Virus record (IMG/VR): IMGVR_UViG_3300043444_000172
Location: 1 to 54,705 of that record
Source: a virus
Lineage: Duplodnaviria; Caudoviricetes
Reading direction: 5' to 3' (one strand)
DNA length: 54,705 nt
The notes below the pieces were generated by a model, which saw only the letters and a list, made by a program, of their open reading frames with translations, was not told the origin of the DNA and ran no database searches. The position numbers and the translations under genes are program-made. This document shows positions 39,970 through 48,200 of this stretch, piece by piece (positions within the stretch are counted from its first letter, which is position 1; every line of letters starts with the position of its first letter).

Positions 39970-41858
39970 TAAAGCTCCTTTGGAAGAAGGTCGGCATCTT
40001 TACTTTCATATAAAGATGTTGCAAGCTCTTTAGCTCTGTCAAACGGACTCTCATTGGAACCGATTGCTCTGTTCCATGCTGCATCTAGTGCTGGGATTAT
40101 TTCGTATCCAGCATCTGAGTACTCAGCAAGAGCAAAGATAGCTTGTTCTCTACTAGTATACTCTGTTTCTGGCAATAGTGTTATGGTCAACTCGCCAGAG
40201 TAGTCGTCTTCATAGTTAGTAGTCTGGTCTTCTGGCGTAAGAGTTGGAACTCCAGACGCCCTTACTGACTTCTTAGAAGACTTAGGGTGGGAAGCTGGAA
40301 GCAAGTCGTTATCAGTTGTGTACTTGCTGTTCTTAGGCGAGCCAGACTTGAGTAGGTGTAGGAATGCATTTACGCGAGCCATAGCCCATGAGTTACGGTT
40401 CTGGTCTGGGCGGTGGGAGGAGGAGAAGGCTCCAGCACCACGACGATAAACAGCCTTGAGCATACGCAAGCTAGCCTTGCGGTCAGACTTCTCGTTGTGG
40501 TTCTTAACCTTTTCAGAAAGAGCGTCTTCAACTTTCTTCGAGAAGTTGACGGTCTTTGAGCCGGAAGCAGAACCCTTAGGGTTTTTCTTCGAGCCGTAGA
40601 TTCGGTCTTTCTTAGGAGCTGGCTTTGAACCGGCAGTAGCAGTAATCGGCTCGTCGGTAAACGAATAAACCTCTGCTTCGATCTTGTTTTTGCCTTGTAG
40701 CTTGTGAGCAACAGTTCTGTGGTGGCCGTCAATTACTCGGTAGCCTGTGGAGGTTAGCCAGACTTTGATTGGCTTGTTCGAGTCGTAGGCGTCTTTTACG
40801 CGACGCATGTTTACAGTCCGCTGAGTAGGTGAAAGCTCGTTGACATCAACTTCATACTTGTCGTATGGTGGCTCTTCGTCGGCACGAGCCTTAACTTCAT
40901 CGCTAATCTTCTGGTATCTCTTATTGAAGTAGACGCCAGTACTGACATCCTCGTCATCGCCAACAGGAGCCTTAGAGATGTCAACTACACCATCTGGAAT
41001 TACTGCAAAACGGCATTTTCCTTCAGGCTCGACTTCGAAGTCGATGATGGCACATTCTGAGCCACCACGATAGAGAACGCAGTTACCACACTTGACGCCC
41101 ATCTCGGCGTACTTGTTGTCCTTACCTGGCTTGTAGCCGGCCCAGATTCCTGTACGGTCTTCGTTAAACTTTCCGTGCTCTTCAGCGATTTCAACAAGAG
41201 CGTCAGCTAGGTCCCACTCTTCTTCAACAATGTAACCGCCTGCAGCTACTGGCTCTTCTTTCTTGACATCCTCTGTGATTGGTCCGCCAGCTGCCCAGGC
41301 GTTGCAAGTGCGGCTTGCGGCACACTTGAAGTCAAGAGCGGTGCAGTAGCCAAGCTCAGCCTGGTCGATTGCGTCCCAAGCACTTTGCTCGCCAGAGCCA
41401 CCTTCGGCAATGCCGGTTTCGATGCAGTCTAGGGTCTTTGGACGGCGGTCAAAGAACACGCAGTTGCCGCAAATGCTCTTCTTTGCATCCTCTGTGTTAA
41501 CAAGGTCCCAGCGGTCAGCTTTATCTTCCCAGAAATCTTCGTTTGGCTCGTTTGGGTTGAGCGGGCCATATCCAACATTGTCGATCGCATTCTGACGGTT
41601 CTCGATATTAAGGACAATGTCCTGAGTTGCTGGAGGACACTTGCCTCCGTAGTCGGCATCAGCAATGATTACAGGTAGAAGTTGTCTAGGCTTGACAACA
41701 TTGTCTAGGTAGCTGGACGCCGTAACTGGCTTTTTCTTTGGAACTGGTTTAGCTATTTCGGAAAGAAGAACCCACTTACCGTCCCTGAGAACACGCATAC
41801 CACCGATGTCGCTCATGCGTTCACCGAGTGATGATTTTTCCTTTTTTTCTTCAGCCAT
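39969..41858 (-). CDS. Multi-domain head-associated protein: two Cys-rich domains, ParB-like domain, basic C-terminal domain
   Basis: CGNCVFF...GYC....FKC....TCNAW; CGNCVLY...C...GKCRF; ELSPTQ...IDGHHR; KAVYRRGAGAFSSSHRP...WAMARVNAF. Confidence 0.75.
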   Translation of the reverse strand: MAEEKKEKSSLGERMSDIGGMRVLRDGKWVLLSEIAKPVPKKKPVTASSYLDNVVKPRQLLPVIIADADYGGKCPPATQDIVLNIENRQNAIDNVGYGPLNPNEPNEDFWEDKADRWDLVNTEDAKKSICGNCVFFDRRPKTLDCIETGIAEGGSGEQSAWDAIDQAELGYCTALDFKCAASRTCNAWAAGGPITEDVKKEEPVAAGGYIVEEEWDLADALVEIAEEHGKFNEDRTGIWAGYKPGKDNKYAEMGVKCGNCVLYRGGSECAIIDFEVEPEGKCRFAVIPDGVVDISKAPVGDDEDVSTGVYFNKRYQKISDEVKARADEEPPYDKYEVDVNELSPTQRTVNMRRVKDAYDSNKPIKVWLTSTGYRVIDGHHRTVAHKLQGKNKIEAEVYSFTDEPITATAGSKPAPKKDRIYGSKKNPKGSASGSKTVNFSKKVEDALSEKVKNHNEKSDRKASLRMLKAVYRRGAGAFSSSHRPDQNRNSWAMARVNAFLHLLKSGSPKNSKYTTDNDLLPASHPKSSKKSVRASGVPTLTPEDQTTNYEDDYSGELTITLLPETEYTSREQAIFALAEYSDAGYEIIPALDAAWNRAIGSNESPFDRAKELATSLYESKDADLLPKEL

Positions 41859-41872
41859 TTCTCTATTGTACC

Positions 41873-42097
41873 TTAGTCTGGTTGCTTGGATAGTTTTGCT
41901 AATTCCCTCAGGTACTCGTAAACTTCAAGTCGAAGGTCCTTGGGCATTGCTTTGGAAGCAGGAAGAGTTAAGAATTCTTCTACACTGTCTGAGGTAAATC
42001 CGATTACGCTCAAGAGGCCATCTAGTGTTGTAGGTAGGTCCCAGTAACGACCTTTGGTCCAATCAGAATTTTTTAAGTTTCCATCTATGTCGATCAT
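41873..42097 (-). CDS. Small hypothetical protein (74 aa), candidate immunity/partner protein
   Basis: Tightly packed ORF downstream of the ART-rich giant gene. Confidence 0.65.
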   Translation of the reverse strand: MIDIDGNLKNSDWTKGRYWDLPTTLDGLLSVIGFTSDSVEEFLTLPASKAMPKDLRLEVYEYLRELAKLSKQPD

Positions 42098-42101
42098 TTG
42101 A

Positions 42102-42290
42102 CTACTTATCCCTTTCCGGCTTAGGGTTTATAAAATAAGGCTCGTTTAAAAACTTCTGTAGCTCGGGGGATAAGTCATCTTCAGACTCGGATGTCTCAAT
42201 CTCGACTGCCCAGTCAAAACCTATATCTAGAGGCACCTTGTATTTGTTGAAAAGGCGTGCTGCTTTTCTGCTTAACTCAGGATTTGCCAT
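42102..42290 (-). CDS. Small hypothetical protein (~62 aa), candidate immunity/partner protein
   Basis: MANPELSRKAARLF... overlapping the end of the giant gene. Start uncertain (ORF track gives 42308). Confidence 0.6.
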   Translation of the reverse strand: MANPELSRKAARLFNKYKVPLDIGFDWAVEIETSESEDDLSPELQKFLNEPYFINPKPERDK

Positions 42291-45200
42291 TGATAAATAC
42301 CTTTCCACGATTGAGTATGATTGTGTAATACTCGTTGTCAGGAGTTAGAGGAACTTTAAATCTGATTGCATCAATACCGAGCATGATGGCAATATTTGTG
42401 TAATCAGTCTCGTTGAAAAGTCGCCACTCAGCATCCTGAGATTCTTCGAAGGTGACCCCAGACTTATCGTATCCTCTAAAAAACTCTTGTAATTTTTCTG
42501 TAGCCCACTCACGTAGATCAGTAGCCTCATCGAAAGAAATTACATTAGCATCAGACATTAGTTTCATTTCCATAATACGATCTTCTCGATTAGAGTCATC
42601 ATCGCCTGTGTAAGTAAATGTAGTTTCTTTTTTATTAGTAGAGTAAGTTCCATTTCCAAAATAACCCTCTCCGGCAAACGGTGTATCCGAGGTTATATAG
42701 TCATCCATAAACTCCGCTGAAGTAAATCCACGATAGATAGACTCGCCGGACGCGGCATCGAACTCTTCTTGGCTCAGAACCTGAGGCTTATCGTTAAATC
42801 CTGATTTTTCCAGGAATACTGATTGAAGTACATTTCCCCTAGATTCGTCATAGTCTTCGTCGGCTTCAGTGAATATGTCTTTAATCTTCTTGTACCAGTT
42901 TTTAAACCCAGGTTCTATGCGCTCTTTTTTCTTCGTAGCTGTCTCTAGTCCGGTTTGTGCATCCCAATCCTCTTGGACTTTTAGATCCTTCTTAACTACA
43001 GAATCCTTTAACTCACGGTTTCTCATTACTTGAATTAGGTTATCTTCTTTAACGGCACCTACGGCTTCTACCTTCATTTCGCCGCCAATGACAACCATTT
43101 CTCTCTCGTCATAGGAGCCGACACCAGTAAATGAGTTGGATAGGATTTGCTCTACCGGGATTACGCGTCTCAGTAGGACTGCCCCCTTGTGATCGTCCTC
43201 TGGGTTAAACTTATCTATACCAGTTGCCTCTGAATCGTATCCTCCAGTAGCAAACCAATAAGCATGACCGTCAGACGTACTCCAAGAAGACAGAGGTCTT
43301 GACTGGACATCAACTTCCGTGAGTTTGTCATCAGACAAAGTCTTACCTAGGGACGCATCATCGATTCCTCTATAGAGGACAACTTCCGTAACACCGGCTT
43401 CCTTGAAACGTTTCTGGGTCTGCTCGTACTGAGCCTGTAAAAATGCTGAAAGAACGCCACCGTACTCTTGCTTAATTTTTTCAACTTCGGCTTTAGTCTT
43501 TGGAGCGGAGTTCCAATCACGGGCATTCTTAGTATCAAAAACTACTTCAGCTATGTCTTGAATAGCTAATGAACGAATATTACTTCCGTTAGACGAAGTG
43601 GCCCAGTCAGTAATCAATGTAGAGGCTGCCATAGTTGCACGTTCAAATTCTGTCAGCTCTTTATATAATTTAAATTCTGTAACTGCATCTTCGGAAGAGT
43701 TAGCTTTTTCAAGTATCTTTCGTACGTCTTCCGTAGTGAAATTAAAATCACCAGTGCTTGACATAGCTTTTATATCGGCGTCATTAAGAGGGAATCTACG
43801 TAGTGCCCTAGCTAGAGGAACAAAACCAATTGCCCCATCTGTTACCATAATTTGACCAAACGGAACACTACCCTCCCATTCGGTAACGTATGGATCATTT
43901 GTGCCAGTATCATACGTGCTCACCAGGCTTTGGTTGAGTGCATCAAGCTGCTCGATGCTGATACCGTTGTCCAACATGCTCTTAGCAGTTTCAGTTGCAA
44001 CCTCGGATTTTAGTTCTCCTGGAGTCTTGTCGGTCTTCCAGAACTCTTCTGAACTGCCGTCTGTAGTTCTAAGCGTCTTGCTCTCTACAGCTTTTTCAAC
44101 TTCGGGTTTTTCAGGCTCGGCTTCTGTAGGTGCTTCTCTTTGCAACATAGGGTCAAATGTCCCTACATGGCGAATCTTTACCTTAGTAGGCACATCTGGG
44201 TCGTCACTCTTCTCAACCGAAACAACTTCATATCTACCAGCAGATACAAACTCACCAGGAATGGCCTGAGGGTCGAAAGCAATTAATGGAAGCGACCTTG
44301 AACCAGGCTCAAGCTCATACTCAACAGCAATACCTCCGCCGGCAATATCAGAACGCCTCATCTCCCAATACTGCTCAGCAGCGGAACGTACAACAGAAAA
44401 AGATGAGAAGGGGAGCTCGATAGTTGCTCCAGGCTGGTAACTATCTAATGTTGCCTGGTTTGTTCTAATGCCTCTAAACAAGGATTCGTTGATTTCGGGA
44501 GATGCCTGAATTAGCTCCAGTCCAGCAATGATTTCTCTAGTTTTGCTTGGAAGTTTGGTGATGTCCTTTGGATTTATCTCCGTATCACCCTGAAGCAGCT
44601 CTTTAAAAGCGGCATTGGTGTCAGAAACATACTCAAAACTTGAAGGCCAGCCTTGAACAAACCATGCAGCGTATTTATCTCGGAACTCTAGGTCTTTAGC
44701 TGCATCACTCTGAGGGTCAGAGATGATGTTGCCTTCTTCATCAATCTCCTGCGGGGTATCCCAGCCTGCTTGACGAGCAGCCTCGACTGCAGTCTCTAAA
44801 ATGTCCTGCAAAGCAGGAGTACCGCTACGTACATCTATAGGGTCCATCTTTCGACCATAAGCACTGATTGCTCTACTATCTGCTTCTTCTTTTTCGTCTA
44901 ATCCAGTCAGGGCTTCTGGCTTACCCTTCGGCTGCAATTCAGCTTCAACAAAGTAGTTAAAAAAACCGTTCTCTTCGCCATCTTCGTCAATGTGAGGCAC
45001 TTTACGAATACCAACAATTTTTAATTCTGACCCTCTTGGCAGAACTACTTCGTCTTCCAAACTCGCATAACCATATCCAGCCCTCGGGACCCCTAGAGCT
45101 TTACTGCCAGCTGGCAGGTTAATCACCCAAAACGAGGTGTTTCTCATGCTAGGTTCGGAAGCTTTGATAGCTCCATCTCCAGCCCCGAGACCAGGTCCAA

Positions 45201-48200
45201 AACTACGTAGTGCAATATCTTTATTGCTGCTAGTAGACATAAAACCTGGATCAGAGAATACATCACCTGGGTTTAAGCTCTCTAGTAAATCAGTCATCGT
45301 AACGTCTTTATCTTCAAACTTACCTAGGTCAGTCATCCCTCTAAATACATAAGTACCTCTGGAGATGTCACCATATGTGTCAATAAGTTCGTCTAGATTA
45401 GCAATCTTTTCTTTGACATCTTCGACTTTTTCTGGACTCATGTCTTCAGGCCCGTAGCGGAGAAGGTTGTTGAAGTTTCTAAACTGGGTACTAGCGTAGG
45501 CTTGTAGTGCAGCGTGTTGGTCGCTAGGAATATCAGACTGCTCGAAATTACGAGGAACTTCACCATCATCTACACTGTCAATGTCTAGGTAGTCGCCATC
45601 AACAAAAGCATCTAGAAGTCGGGACTCACCCTTACCTGTTGTTAAACCTTCTTTAGGCTCCCAATCGGTGGTTGAAGCCTCTGGGGTAGAGTCTGAAGAC
45701 TCCTTACTTGCAAGTTCTGGGTGGCAAATAGTACATTTACTACTCTGACCATTGTGTAGATTGTTCTCGTTGAGCGATCCTGGGGGGCCATCGACTACCG
45801 GTAGGTGGCCTAGATGTTCTAATTCACCAGGCTTAATTGTACGTTCTACATATAAGTTATCACCATTACGTGTATAAGGATCTATCCGGAGCTCGTCTTT
45901 AGGGACTGATATACGGAATATATCTGCACCATCGCCAGCTTCACCAGATGTATATCCATTTGCTAGAAATACACCGTATCTAGTTTTAGTGTAGTTATCT
46001 GTTCCAACCTTATCCGTGATTTTTGGTTTAATTCCATTTTTTTCAATTTCATCAAACCTTGCCGGAGGAGCCGAGTGTCTAAGTTCCTTTATTTCGATCT
46101 TATCTCCGGTACGTTTTTCCATATCGTCAACGAATTCAGTCGGGCTTACCTTATAGGATGTATAGGACCCACCACTCAACTTACTCATATATTCAGTAAG
46201 CGCCCTCATACGGCGATTATGTTCTTTCCCCTCTTCTTCAGTGACATCCCTAGCTCCAGCTTCACCAGAAGAGGCGTACCAACGAGCTTTTCTTAGTTCA
46301 TCAGGAGTGAAGTGGTAATCCTTTCCATTGAAGATGTAATCTATACCATCCTCTTCACCAGGTATAAGAAGTTCTGAAGACTTTTCTTCTGTTTCCGTAG
46401 GTACTGAATATTTTTCTGGATTTTTTTCAATATCATCCAGTATGCTCTGTACCGAAGGAGCATTCTCTTCAGTACTATCAGTAAGTTTATTTTTATAATC
46501 AATTAGATATTGACGACGAGCCTTAAGTTTTTTCTTGAGCTCCCTATTATCATTAGGGTCAGAAATATATTGATCAACAAGCTCATCAATACGCTCGGGA
46601 GTAATATTTTCTACTCTATCGATACTTTCGTTCTCTGCCTCAGGTGTTATGTCTTCAAAAACTACAGAGGTAGCCATATTTTTAGTCTCGTCCTTAAGAC
46701 TCTCGATCTCCGGGACAGTGTCCCCGAACTCTGCACCCTTTCGCTTACCCTGCGCCCTATATAGTAGAGAACCTCCAGAATCGATGCGTACAGGCTTATT
46801 GTCTTTATCAAAAGATAGGTTATCTAAACCTAGACCAACTACGTCCCAGTTTGCGAGCCATGCATCAACAGCAAATCCATCGTGAGCCGAATCAGAGACT
46901 AGACCAGAGCTACCATCCCTAATCTTATCCATATATGATGTAAGACCAGACTCTACCCAGTCCCTGTAGGTCACCGGGAATTCATCAATTACACCTTCTT
47001 TAACTTCTAGAGCATCAATCCTTGCTTCTCTATATAGTGCAGATGCTAGGCGCTCATTGTCACCGCGCTCTTTAGCCTGAATCTTTACATAGTACTGCTT
47101 ACCAGTTTTAGGGTCTTTGTAGATACCGCCTGGGTTGGAGCCTAGGTTGCCAGAAACCTTCTCGAAGTTGGAGAAATCGAGCGGCTGATCAGCGGTATCT
47201 ACTTTAGGCTCTTCAGTTAAATCTTTAAATCCATCCCAGCGGATTTCTTCACTAAGAATCCATTTTCCTAAGTTGTAATCCCCCGTCTTGAGATTGGCAA
47301 CATCTAATGGAGTTGGGTAGTCATTGTCGCCAAACTTAGAGCTCTCAAACTTTGCCTTGATATTTCTTAGGACCTTAAGTATGTCTTCCTTGTCTTTTTC
47401 CGGGAAAGAGCTACCTGGCTGCGTGAGTATGTTGATGTTGTAGTCAATATTAGATATAACATTCTTAGGCTCGGTCTTCCACTGGAATCCAGCCTTGGCC
47501 CATGCATATGAACCACTTTGCTCTCCGGCCGTAAGTTCAATTTTTGAAATACCTAGATCTTTGTACACCTCTTCGGATAGTTTTCCGAATTCTGTACCAA
47601 AACCTTTTCCGCGATATTCTGGTTTAAGGCTGATTCCGTCGTGAACTACAGAGTAAGTGCCATCTTGGTTCTTATAGATATAGCGACTAAATCTACCTAT
47701 AATATTGTCGTCTTGCTCTACCACCCCAGAGAACTCAACTACATCAATATCTTTACCATTAATAGTTTTTGTTATCTTTCGACCGGTAGTTACTCTTACA
47801 TCAAAATCACCAATTTTTCTATTTCCAAGTTTTTCCTCGAAAATAGAGAGAATCTTTTTATTATCTTCTACAGCAAAAATATCTTCTACAGACTCTACTG
47901 GTTTTTCTACTTCTTTAGACGTAGTTTCTTTAGCTTGTCCGTAATCAAGATCTATGCGTAAGATCCCATCCGAGTCCCTGTAAACATTAGTTACAGTGAA
48001 TTTTGGCATCATGGGAAGTAGAACTTCTTTTTCTAATCCAAATACTGTGTTGTCGAACTCGAATGGGGTTCCAGTTGCTCCGTCTTTAGTGGTTATTTTC
48101 ATAACTACCGCCGAGTTTGTTCTGTCTTTGTTTGAGCCTAGGGTAGCAAATTCTTCAGCTTTTACTTGGTCCAGAGTCGTGGACGTGAACCATCCTGGGC

